A stretch of DNA of 64,000 bases from Thermoanaerobaculia bacterium (GTDB taxonomy: Bacteria; Acidobacteriota; Thermoanaerobaculia; Multivoradales; SZUA-115): NCBI GenBank assembly GCA_044869805.1, contig JBIOXV010000172.1, forward strand, positions 14,715-78,714, read 5' to 3'. The first letter of the stretch is position 1. Each line of letters begins with the position of its first letter. The translations under genes and the position numbers were made by a program. The notes under the pieces were generated by a model. The model worked only from the letters and a program-made list of their open reading frames with translations. It made no database searches and had not been told where the DNA came from. Positions 47,178 to 55,167 of this stretch are shown here, piece after piece.

Positions 47178-47435
47178 TTACTCGGTCATCCGGCTGCGCC
47201 GGGCCCGATTCTCCAGCATCTCCAGGAACCACGCCTCGGGGGTCGCCACGTCGCGCCAGCGGTAGATCAGCATCGCCACCACGTCGGCGAGGATCACGGC
47301 GGCGGTGTCGGGGTGCACGCCGTAGCGCTGAAACATCTCGATGATGCGCGGCTCGAGGCGCGCGACCAGGGCCTGGATCTCCTTCCACTGACCCGGCTCG
47401 CCGTCCTCTCCGCCGCCGTCATCACCGTCCGACAT
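47178..47435 (-). CDS. Small protein with an acidic Gly/Asp/Glu N-terminal tail, unknown function
   Basis: The ATG at 47435 gives MSDGDDGGGEDGEPGQWKEIQALVARL... (85 aa). It lies downstream of glgA on the same strand. Confidence 0.5.
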   Translation of the reverse strand: MSDGDDGGGEDGEPGQWKEIQALVARLEPRIIEMFQRYGVHPDTAAVILADVVAMLIYRWRDVATPEAWFLEMLENRARRSRMTE

Positions 47436-47441
47436 GGCTTC

Positions 47442-47447
47442 ATTATC
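47442..47447 (-). promoter_or_regulatory. -10-like GATAAT 6 nt upstream of the small-ORF ATG (possible leaderless transcript)
   Basis: The reverse strand reads GATAAT-gaagcc-ATG. No SD. Confidence 0.25.
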
Positions 47448-47488
47448 TACGCGGTCAAGACCGGCCCCCAGGATACGCGGCCGGCGCA

Positions 47489-47509
47489 CGCCGGGATTAC
47501 CGCCCGGCG
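47489..47509 (-). terminator. Hairpin about 20 nt downstream of the glgA stop
   Basis: cgccggg-attaccg-cccggcg, a 7-bp stem. No U-tract. Confidence 0.3.
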
Positions 47510-47528
47510 TAACGCGCCCGGGGCGAGA

Positions 47529-49043
47529 TCAGAAGTGCCCCGCCAGGAGCGCCTCGTACAGTGCCACGTAGCGCTCGATCTGCGACTCCCAGGAGAAGTC
47601 CCGGCTCATGCCGGCGAGCATCAATCGCCGCCAGGCCTCGCGATCCTGGTAGAGGTCGAGCGCCTGGTTCACGGCCCACGCCAGGCCCTCGGGCGTGAAG
47701 TGCTCGAATACGAAGCCGGTGCCACTGCCGTCCCCGGGGTCGAAGGGCTCCACCGTGTCGGCGAGGCCGCCGGTCTTGCGCACCACGGGCGGCGTGCCGT
47801 AGCGCTGGCTGTACATCTGGTTCAAGCCGCAGGGCTCGTAGAGCGAGGGCATGAGGAAGATATCGGCGCCCGCCTCGATCAGATGGGCCAGCGGCTCGCT
47901 GTAACCGCGGTAGAAGACCACGCGGTCGGGGAAGCCGTGCTGCAGCCCGGCGAAGAACTCCTCGTACTTGCGCTCGCCGTTGCCGAGCACCACCAGGCGG
48001 GCGTTGCGTCGCGCCAGCAGGCCCGGCAGGACCTCGAAGAACAGGTCGAAGCCCTTCTGCGCGGTGAGGCGCGACACCACGCCCAAGAGTGGCACCCGCT
48101 CCTCGGCGGCCGAGCCGGGAGCGGCGAGCCCCAGGGAGGCCAGCCCCAGAGAAGCTAGCAAATCGGCCTTGTTGGCGGCCTTGCCGGAGAGGTCGGCCGC
48201 CGAGTAGGGGTGGGGGATGTGGGGGTCGTTCGCCGGGTCCCACTCCTCGGCGTCGATGCCGTTGACGATCCCCACCAGGTGGTCGCCGCGCGCCCGCAGC
48301 ACGCCCTGGAGCCCCATGCCGTAGCGGTCGGTCTGGATCTCCAGGGCGTGGGTGCGCGACACGGTGGTGATGACCCCGGCATAGAGCAGGCCGGTCTTCA
48401 AGAAGTTGATCCGCCCGGCCGCGAGGTCGTCCTGGTAGAGGTAGGAGGCGACCCCCGCGAGCCCCAGCTCGGGCAGCAGGCCGCTGCCGAACACTCCCTG
48501 GTAGCCCACGTTGTGCAGCGTGAGCACGGTCTTGGTGCCGGCGAACAGGCGGTCCCAGGCGTAGACGGTGCGCAGGTAGAGGGGCATCAAGGCGGTGTGC
48601 CAGTCGTGCGCGTGCACGATGTCCGGTGCCCAGCCCATGCGCTGGCAGCACTCGAGCGCCGCCCGCGACAGGAAGGCGAAGCGCAGCGCCTCGTCCGCGT
48701 CCTGCGTGTAGTAGCCCTCGCGGTCGTAGAGCGCCGGGCAGTGGATGAAGTAGAGCGGCGGCCCGCCGCCGTGGGTGCCGACGCCCGGCAGCGGCGCCGT
48801 GTAGGCGGAGAAGGAGAGGTGGCGGTCGCCCACCGAGATCGGCACGTCGCGCAGGAAGGCGACCGGGAAAAACGAGTGCTGCGAGCGATCGATCTTCGAG
48901 TACAGCGGCAGGAAGGCGCGCACGTCGTGCCCGGCGCGGTCGAGGTAGCGGGCGAGCGAGGCGGCGACATCGCCCAGGCCGCCGGTCTTGGCGAACGGGG
49001 TGAGCTCGGAGCTCGCCTGGCAGATGCGCAGCGGCCGGTCCAC
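47529..49043 (-). CDS. glgA: Glycogen synthase (ADP-glucose type, GT5)
   Basis: The GTG at 49041-49043 overlaps the glgC TAG by 1 nt. It contains SSELTPFAKTGGLGDV, HAHDWH, NGID...WDP, and PSLYEPCGLNQMY plus RKTGGLADTV. Only the last 504 aa of the 1172-aa track ORF belong to this gene. Confidence 0.92.
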   Translation of the reverse strand: MDRPLRICQASSELTPFAKTGGLGDVAASLARYLDRAGHDVRAFLPLYSKIDRSQHSFFPVAFLRDVPISVGDRHLSFSAYTAPLPGVGTHGGGPPLYFIHCPALYDREGYYTQDADEALRFAFLSRAALECCQRMGWAPDIVHAHDWHTALMPLYLRTVYAWDRLFAGTKTVLTLHNVGYQGVFGSGLLPELGLAGVASYLYQDDLAAGRINFLKTGLLYAGVITTVSRTHALEIQTDRYGMGLQGVLRARGDHLVGIVNGIDAEEWDPANDPHIPHPYSAADLSGKAANKADLLASLGLASLGLAAPGSAAEERVPLLGVVSRLTAQKGFDLFFEVLPGLLARRNARLVVLGNGERKYEEFFAGLQHGFPDRVVFYRGYSEPLAHLIEAGADIFLMPSLYEPCGLNQMYSQRYGTPPVVRKTGGLADTVEPFDPGDGSGTGFVFEHFTPEGLAWAVNQALDLYQDREAWRRLMLAGMSRDFSWESQIERYVALYEALLAGHF

Positions 49044-50308
49044 TAGACCTCCGTGCCGTCCGGCACCACCGCCCCGGCCGCCACCACGATGATGCCGTCG
49101 CGGATGCACCAGTTGTCGCCGTCGGCGTGGGTCACGCCGCCCGCGTTGACCAGCTTGACGCCGTTGCCGATGCGCACGTCGCGGTCGAGGATGGCGTGCT
49201 TGATCACGCAGTCGCGGCCGATACCGAGCGGGATGTTGCTGCCCGCCGCCTCGTCGGGCTCGAAGAAGTTGGCGCCCATCACCACGCTGTCCTCGACCAC
49301 CGAGCCGGAGCGGATCACCGAGCGCACCCCGAAGATCGAGCGCTGGATCTCGGCGCCGGTGATGATCGAGCCGTCGCACAGCACCGAGTGGTAGACCCGG
49401 CACTCGTTCACCTTCACCCCGGGCAGGAAGCGCGGGTGGGTGAAGATCGGGTAGTCGGGGCTGTAGAGGTTGAGCGGCGGCACCGGCACCGCGAGCTCCA
49501 GGTTCGAGCTGTGGAAGTTGCCGATGGTGCCGATGTCGCGCCAGTAGCCGTCGTAGCCGAAGGCGTAGATCTTCCGCTCGTGGATCGCCTTGGGGATGAT
49601 CTCTTTGCCGAAGTCGTGGTCGTCGGTGCCCACCAGCAGGTCGCGCAGCAGGCCGGGGCGGAAGACGTAGATGCCCATGCTGGCGAGGAGCGCGTCCTCC
49701 TCGGTTTCGAAGCCGAGCTTCTTCAGCGTGGCGGCGTCGGTAATCAGGCGGTCGAGGACCTCCTTCTCGGTCGGCTTCTCCACGAACTCGATGATGCGGC
49801 CGGCGGAGTTGACGCGCATGATCCCCAGGCCTTTGGCCTGTGACCGGGGCACCGCCTTGACCGCCACCGTCATGTCCGCCTTCTTCTGCCGATGGGTGTC
49901 GACGAAGTTCCTCATCTCCATCAGGTAGAGCTGGTCGCCGGACAGCACCAGCACCTCGGAAGGCTGCAGCAGGAGCAGCCGGTCCAGGTTCTGGCGCACG
50001 GCGTCGGCCGTGCCCTGGTACCAGTCGCGGCGCTCGAGGCCCTGCTCGGCGGCCAGGATGTTGACGAAGCCGCGCGAGAAGACGTCGAAGCGATAGGTCT
50101 GCGCGATGTGCTGGTGCAGGCTCGCCGAGTTGAACTGGGTCAAGACGAAGATGCGGGTGATGCCGGCGTGCAGGGAGTTCGAGATCGGCACGTCGATCAG
50201 CCGAAACTTGCCCCCCACCGGCACCGCCGGCTTGGCCCGGCTCTTGGTGAGCGGCCACAGGCGCGCTCCCTGCCCACCCCCCAGGATCGCGGTGACGACG
50301 TTCCTCAT
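49043..50308 (-). CDS. glgC: Glucose-1-phosphate adenylyltransferase
   Basis: 421-aa ORF. It contains ILGGGQGARLWPLTKSRAKPAVPVGGKFRLIDVPISN and a C-terminal left-handed beta-helix. SD GAGAGGGG lies upstream. Confidence 0.95.
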   Translation of the reverse strand: MRNVVTAILGGGQGARLWPLTKSRAKPAVPVGGKFRLIDVPISNSLHAGITRIFVLTQFNSASLHQHIAQTYRFDVFSRGFVNILAAEQGLERRDWYQGTADAVRQNLDRLLLLQPSEVLVLSGDQLYLMEMRNFVDTHRQKKADMTVAVKAVPRSQAKGLGIMRVNSAGRIIEFVEKPTEKEVLDRLITDAATLKKLGFETEEDALLASMGIYVFRPGLLRDLLVGTDDHDFGKEIIPKAIHERKIYAFGYDGYWRDIGTIGNFHSSNLELAVPVPPLNLYSPDYPIFTHPRFLPGVKVNECRVYHSVLCDGSIITGAEIQRSIFGVRSVIRSGSVVEDSVVMGANFFEPDEAAGSNIPLGIGRDCVIKHAILDRDVRIGNGVKLVNAGGVTHADGDNWCIRDGIIVVAAGAVVPDGTEV

Positions 50309-50347
50309 CGGCGCCCCTCTCTTGAAGCCAAGCCTCTGAGGTGGCAG

Positions 50348-50377
50348 ATCTTACTCGCACTCGCCCGCCCGGCCCAA
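50348..50377 (-). promoter_or_regulatory. Candidate promoter for glgC-glgA
   Basis: The reverse strand reads TTGGGC (50372-50377), 18 nt, TAAGAT (50348-50353). It lies 39 nt upstream of the glgC ATG. Confidence 0.25.
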
Positions 50378-50383
50378 GGCCGC

Positions 50384-50389
50384 TATACT
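50384..50389 (+). promoter_or_regulatory. -10-like TATACT 8 nt upstream of the ATP-grasp C start (possible leaderless transcript)
   Basis: TATACT, then ccccgccc, then the GTG at 50398. No SD and no convincing -35. Confidence 0.25.
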
Positions 50390-50397
50390 CCCCGCCC

Positions 50398-51618
50398 GTG
50401 CCGCACGTCGTCTTCGTAGCGCCGTTCCTGATGCCGGCCACGGCGCGCTTCGCGCAGGCCACGGCGAGCCTGCCGGGGGTCAAGGTCGGGCTCATCACCC
50501 AGGACCCGGCGGCCAAGATCCCGCCTTCGCTCGCCGCCTCGATCGCCGCCCACCGGCGGGTGGAGAACGCTTTCGACCCGGTGCGCTTGGCCGATGCGGC
50601 CCGCGACCTCGCGCGCTCGATCGGCGGCCTCGACCGGCTGATGGGGGCCCTGGAGCAGCTCCAGGTGCCGCTCGCCCAGGCGCGCGAGATCCTGGGGGTC
50701 GAGGGCATGCGGGTAGAGGCGGCGAAGAACTTCCGCGACAAGGCGCGCATGAAGACCGTGCTGCGGGAGGCCGGCCTGCCCTGCGCCCGCCACCGGCTGG
50801 CGGCTTCCGCCGAGGAGGCGCGCGACTTCGCGCGCGAGGTCGGCCTGCCGCTGGTGGTCAAGCCCCCGGACGGCGCGGGCGCCAAGGCCACCTTCAGGGT
50901 GGGCACGCCCGAGGCGCTGGAGGAGGCCTTGAAGGTCAACGCGCCGGCGCCCGGCCGCCCGGTGCTGCTCGAGGAGTTCGTCACCGGCGACGAGTACTCT
51001 TTCGAGACCGTTTCGATCGCCGGCCGGCCGGTGTGGTACTCCTCCACCCGCTACCTGCCGACGCCGCTCGAGGCGATGCACAACCCATGGATTCAGTGGT
51101 GCGTGCTGCTGCCTCGGGAGCGCGAGGACCCGCGCTTCGACGACGTCAAGGAAGTGGCTTTCAAGGGGCTCGCGGCGCTGGGCATGGGCACCGGCCTCTC
51201 GCACATGGAGTGGTTTCGGCGCCGCGACGGCTCGCTCGCCATCTCCGAGGTCGCCGCCCGCCCTCCGGGCGCGCAGATCACCACCCTGGTTTCGGTGGCG
51301 CACGAGTTCGACTTCCTCGCCGCCTGGGCACGCCTCATGGTGTTCAGCGAGTTCCATCCGCCGCCGCGCAAGTGGGCCTCCGGCGCCGCCTTCTTCCGCG
51401 GCATGGGCGGGAGCCGCGTCAAGGCCGTGCACGGCCTCGACCAGGCGCAGAAGGAGCTGGGGCCGCTGGTGGTCGAGGCCAAGCTGCCCAAGCCCGGCGC
51501 CCCCAAGTCCGACAGCTACGAGGGCGACGGCTACGCCGTGCTGCGCCACGAGAGCACCGAGACGGTACGGAAGGCGCTGATGCGGCTGGTGGCGCTGGTG
51601 CGCGTCGAATACAACTGA
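50398..51618 (+). CDS. ATP-grasp ligase, paralog C (~406 aa)
   Basis: I chose the GTG at 50398 by alignment with the paralog N-termini (VPHVVFVAPFLMP). It contains VGLPLVVKPPDGAGAKAT, LEEFVTGDE and SHMEWF...EVAARPPG. Confidence 0.82.
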   Translation: MPHVVFVAPFLMPATARFAQATASLPGVKVGLITQDPAAKIPPSLAASIAAHRRVENAFDPVRLADAARDLARSIGGLDRLMGALEQLQVPLAQAREILGVEGMRVEAAKNFRDKARMKTVLREAGLPCARHRLAASAEEARDFAREVGLPLVVKPPDGAGAKATFRVGTPEALEEALKVNAPAPGRPVLLEEFVTGDEYSFETVSIAGRPVWYSSTRYLPTPLEAMHNPWIQWCVLLPREREDPRFDDVKEVAFKGLAALGMGTGLSHMEWFRRRDGSLAISEVAARPPGAQITTLVSVAHEFDFLAAWARLMVFSEFHPPPRKWASGAAFFRGMGGSRVKAVHGLDQAQKELGPLVVEAKLPKPGAPKSDSYEGDGYAVLRHESTETVRKALMRLVALVRVEYN

Positions 51619-51628
51619 GATCCCGTCG

Positions 51629-52846
51629 ATGAACGTGGTGATGATCGCTCCGGCCTACCCGTGGGAGATGACCCTCTTCACCCGCGGGCTGGCGCGGGTG
51701 GGCGCCAAGGTGCTCGGCGTGGGGGACACGCCGGCCGCGGGGCTGTCGCCGATGGTGAAGGAGAGCCTCGCCGCCTACCTGCACGTGCCCTCGCTGTGGG
51801 ACGAGGAGGCAGTGATCGAGGCCGTGCGCCGGCACCCGGCGGCGCGCTCGCTCGACCTCGTGGAATGCCTGTGGGAGCCGGGCATGATCCTCGCCGCCCG
51901 GCTGCGCGAGCGGCTGGGCCTGCCCGGCATGACGGTCGCCGAAACCGTTCCCTTCCGCGACAAGGGGCGAATGAAACAGGTGCTCGACGCCGCCGGCATC
52001 CGCACTCCGCGTCACTTCCGCGCCGCGTCGACCCGCGAGGTGCGCGCCGCGGCCGAACGCATCGGCTTCCCGCTGATCGTCAAGCCGATCGCCGGCGCCG
52101 GCTCCAAGGACACCCATCGGGTCGACGACGACGCGGAGCTCGAGCAGGTCATCGCCAAGGTCCGGCACGTCGAGGAGGTGAGCGTCGAGGAGTACATCGA
52201 GGGCGAGGAGCACACTTTCGACACCATCTGTGCCGACGGCGAGATCCGCTATTTCAACCTCGCCTGGTACCGGCCGCGGCCGCTGCTGCAGCGCACCGTC
52301 GAGTGGATCAGCCCGATGACCGTCACCCTGCGGGACGTGTTCCGCGACGACCTCGCACCGGGCCGAGAGATGGGCCAGGCGGTGCTCGAGGCCCTGGGAT
52401 TCAAGACCGGCTTCACCCACATGGAGTGGTTCCTGAAGCCTGACGGCGAGGCGGTGTTCGGCGAGATCGGCGCCCGCCCGCCCGGCGCGCGCTCGACCGA
52501 GCTGATGAACTACGGCTGCGACATCGACGTCTTCACCGGCTGGGCCGAGGCGGTGTGCCACCGGCGATTCAGCCAGAAGGTGGTGCGCCGCTACAACAGC
52601 GCCGTGATCTTCAAGCGCGCCCAGGGCCAGGGCCGCATCCAGCGCATCGAGGGCCTGGAGCGCCTGCTCGGCCGCTTCGGCGAGGCGATCGTCTCCGTCG
52701 ATCTCCTGCCGATCGGCTCGCCGCGCCGCAACTGGCTCCAGACCCTGCTCTCCGACGGCCACGTCATCCTCCGCCACCCGCACCTACCGACCTGCATCGA
52801 GATGGCGGACACGGTGGCCGAGGAGCTGCAGCTCTACGCTGCCTAG
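51629..52846 (+). CDS. ATP-grasp ligase, paralog D (405 aa)
   Basis: It begins MNVVMIAPAYPWE and contains IGFPLIVKPIAGAGSKDT, VEEYIEGEE and THMEWF...EIGARPPG. It starts 10 nt after paralog C. Confidence 0.85.
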   Translation: MNVVMIAPAYPWEMTLFTRGLARVGAKVLGVGDTPAAGLSPMVKESLAAYLHVPSLWDEEAVIEAVRRHPAARSLDLVECLWEPGMILAARLRERLGLPGMTVAETVPFRDKGRMKQVLDAAGIRTPRHFRAASTREVRAAAERIGFPLIVKPIAGAGSKDTHRVDDDAELEQVIAKVRHVEEVSVEEYIEGEEHTFDTICADGEIRYFNLAWYRPRPLLQRTVEWISPMTVTLRDVFRDDLAPGREMGQAVLEALGFKTGFTHMEWFLKPDGEAVFGEIGARPPGARSTELMNYGCDIDVFTGWAEAVCHRRFSQKVVRRYNSAVIFKRAQGQGRIQRIEGLERLLGRFGEAIVSVDLLPIGSPRRNWLQTLLSDGHVILRHPHLPTCIEMADTVAEELQLYAA

Positions 52847-54420
52847 CGCAGCGCCAGCCGCAGCGCTGCGACCTCCCCCGACAGCTCGTCGGCCACCGCG
52901 ACCGCGACGGCCTCGCTGTCGGCGGCGAGCACGAGCTCCGTGACGTAGCTGAGCCGGCAGGGCTCTGCCTCCATCGTGGGGCGCGTGGCGCGCAGCGCCA
53001 GGCGCTCGACCGGAGAGGCCCTGCCCCCCGGCTCCCTCACCGCCACCGCCAGCGTCAGCCGCGCCTGCTCGCCGCTCGCCGTGGTCTCGAAGCGCACGTG
53101 GTCGCAGGGCAGAGCGAAATCGAGCGGAAACGCGATCGTCCCGGTGCCGCGGGAGACGGCGGGACCGGCGACCGCGGTGAGCCGCAGCGGGTTCTCGCCA
53201 TTGCCCCGCCAGAGCGCCCCCAACGCGTGGGCAGCGGGCGAAGGGCCGGCCTCGGCGAGCGCCACCGTGGACGCGTGGCGTACTTCCAGTCGGGGCCGCG
53301 AGACCTCGACCTTGATCATCGGCGAAGCACCCTCCACGGCTGCCGGCGCCGCGAAGCGCAGCCGGTAGGTGCCGCCGAGCAGCGTCTCCAGCCGTTCCAT
53401 CGCGGCCTGCGGGTGGCCGGCGCGGAGCAGCTCGCCGCCGCTCGACCGGGCGAGCTCCGCGAGATGCGGCTCGAAGAGGGTGCGGCGCTCGAGCGATCCC
53501 GCGAGGCCGCCGCGCAGCTCTGCCGCAGCCGGCTCCACGATCCACGGAAAGAACGTCACCTGCGCCTGGCCGGCCGCGGCGAGCAAAGCAGCGAGGCGGG
53601 GCGGCACGTTTCTTCCCTGGCCCGAGGGCAGCGGCGGCTGCGACACCAGATAGCGCAGCGACGGGCTGTCCTGGGGCGACCCAGGCAACGGGGTCTCCGT
53701 TCCGCTCACCACGCGCACGCTGAAGCTCCTCGGGGCCTCGCTGGTCGAGCGCGGATCGCTGGCGTAGGGCAACCCGCCCGTCACGTAGAGGAGCGCCTTC
53801 GGGCCGGCGAGGTCACCGACCGCCTGGAGCAGGGACTCGAGCCCGTCGAGCGAGGCACGGCTGGCGCGGCGCAGGGCGTCGTCGAGGCTGGCGCGCTCTC
53901 CCAGCGCGACGGGTGCGTGGTCCGGCTGCTCGGGGCTCCGCCTTCGCCACTGCCGGTCGACCTCGACCGCGAGCGCGGTGGCCCGGCGCCCTGAGAGCTC
54001 CGCGAGCCGCAACTGGGCCGTGGAGCCGTCGCGGGCAAGCGGCGCCACCAGCTCGAGGCTGCCGTCGAAGGAGGCGAGGAGCACGCGATCGCCGCGCTGG
54101 GCGCGCGCCGAGGTGAAGCGCGCCAGCGCATCGACCAGGCCCTGAAGGCGGCCGGGGGGCAGAAGCTGGTGATCGACCAGGACGACGAAGGTCTGACTTC
54201 CGCCCGCCGGCTGCTGCAGCTCCTGGACCGGCAGCCCGGCGAGGGAGACGCGGAATTCGGCCGCCTCGAGGTCGGTCACCGGCCGGCCCTGACGGTCGAG
54301 CACCAGGGCGGCGAGCTCGACGCTCGGCAGGAAGGAGTGCGGCGCTCCCTCCTGGGCTATGGCCGCGCCCAGCCACGCGACTCCACTCAGAACGAGACCG
54401 CCGAGCCGGGATGCCTTCAC
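52843..54420 (-). CDS. VWA-domain protein of the acidobacterial VWFA-related type (TIGR03436-like)
   Basis: The GTG at 54420 overlaps the upstream TGA (GTGA). It has a signal peptide (LVLSGVAWLGAAIAQ). The N-terminal pattern is VELAALVLDRQGRPVTDLEAAEFRV...QTFVVLVDH. Confidence 0.7.
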   Translation of the reverse strand: MKASRLGGLVLSGVAWLGAAIAQEGAPHSFLPSVELAALVLDRQGRPVTDLEAAEFRVSLAGLPVQELQQPAGGSQTFVVLVDHQLLPPGRLQGLVDALARFTSARAQRGDRVLLASFDGSLELVAPLARDGSTAQLRLAELSGRRATALAVEVDRQWRRRSPEQPDHAPVALGERASLDDALRRASRASLDGLESLLQAVGDLAGPKALLYVTGGLPYASDPRSTSEAPRSFSVRVVSGTETPLPGSPQDSPSLRYLVSQPPLPSGQGRNVPPRLAALLAAAGQAQVTFFPWIVEPAAAELRGGLAGSLERRTLFEPHLAELARSSGGELLRAGHPQAAMERLETLLGGTYRLRFAAPAAVEGASPMIKVEVSRPRLEVRHASTVALAEAGPSPAAHALGALWRGNGENPLRLTAVAGPAVSRGTGTIAFPLDFALPCDHVRFETTASGEQARLTLAVAVREPGGRASPVERLALRATRPTMEAEPCRLSYVTELVLAADSEAVAVAVADELSGEVAALRLALR

Positions 54421-55046
54421 CAGCGCAAGGTTACTCCGGCCGTGGCATCGGCCTGGTAGAGGTCGCCCCCCACGCTCTGCGGCAGTCCCGTCCACCAGCC
54501 TCGCCCTTCGAAGCGCAGGCTCACGCGCTCGGTGAGCGCGACCTTGAGGCCCAGCCCCAGGCTGGCTGCAGGGTGCTCGCCCTCCGGCCAGGTGTGCAGG
54601 AAGGTGCGGCGCCCCGAGGTCGCGAGGTGCGCCAGCCCCACGGTGGCAGCGGCAAAGGGGCTGAGCCGCTCTCCGGGGCGCTGGTAGACGACCCCGACCT
54701 GGAAGTGGGTGGTGGTAAGCGTGTTTTCGTCGAACACCACCGGCTCGACCGGGAGCGTGTGCGGGTCGTCGACGAAGCCGAGGTCGCTCTCTTGCCGGCT
54801 CACCAAGGCTTCCAGGCCCCATCCGCCACGCAGCTCATGGTCGACGATGAGGCCGAAGGCGGGCCCGGAGTCCGCCGCCACGTTGATGGGGCAAGGCGCC
54901 TGGATCGAGGCGAGGCAGACGACCGACTGGGCGTAGGCGACGTCGCCGTCGCGGTAGGCGACGGAGGGAGTGATCTCGACGCCGTGCGCGGTCGTGGTGC
55001 AGAGTGAGGCGAGAAGCAGGCCGGGAAGGAAGCGGAACCAACGCAT
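54417..55046 (-). CDS. Outer-membrane beta-barrel protein (OmpW/porin-like)
   Basis: The ATG at 55046 is preceded by AAGGAG. It has a signal peptide (MRWFRFLPGLLLASLCTTTAHG), alternating beta-strand patterns and a C-terminal aromatic residue (GVTLRW). Confidence 0.7.
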   Translation of the reverse strand: MRWFRFLPGLLLASLCTTTAHGVEITPSVAYRDGDVAYAQSVVCLASIQAPCPINVAADSGPAFGLIVDHELRGGWGLEALVSRQESDLGFVDDPHTLPVEPVVFDENTLTTTHFQVGVVYQRPGERLSPFAAATVGLAHLATSGRRTFLHTWPEGEHPAASLGLGLKVALTERVSLRFEGRGWWTGLPQSVGGDLYQADATAGVTLRW

Positions 55047-55167
55047 GGGCTCTCCTTTCGCAGAGGGATTGCCTCGTTTGCGGTCCCTCGGGCGCCGAAT
55101 CGTGGGCACCTCCCCTCAAGATCCCGTGCCTCCGCGCAAGTGTTAGGACCAGAACGCGAGCACTGCG

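Noticed and set aside
48126-48155. Imperfect 15-bp tandem duplication in glgA encoding LASLG-LASLG
   Set aside because: It is a small in-frame duplication in an inter-domain linker, likely neutral slippage.
50341-50397. Upstream GTG (50341) as the start of ATP-grasp C
   Set aside because: The extension (MADLTRTRPPGPRPLYSPP) is Pro-rich and has no counterpart in paralogs A and D, which start directly at M-x-V-V. It would also leave only 32 bp to glgC.
47529-51047. 1172-aa minus-strand ORF
   Set aside because: Only the last 504 aa are GlgA. The rest overlaps glgC in another frame and is antisense to ATP-grasp C.
39468-52846. Reading the ATP-grasp genes as a graspetide (omega-ester RiPP) cluster
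   Set aside because: I found no small ORF with a Thr/Ser plus Asp/Glu-rich C-terminal core. The ligases are about 406 aa with L-amino-acid-ligase-like organisation, not the ~320-aa graspetide type. The only small ORF (47178-47435) does not resemble a precursor.
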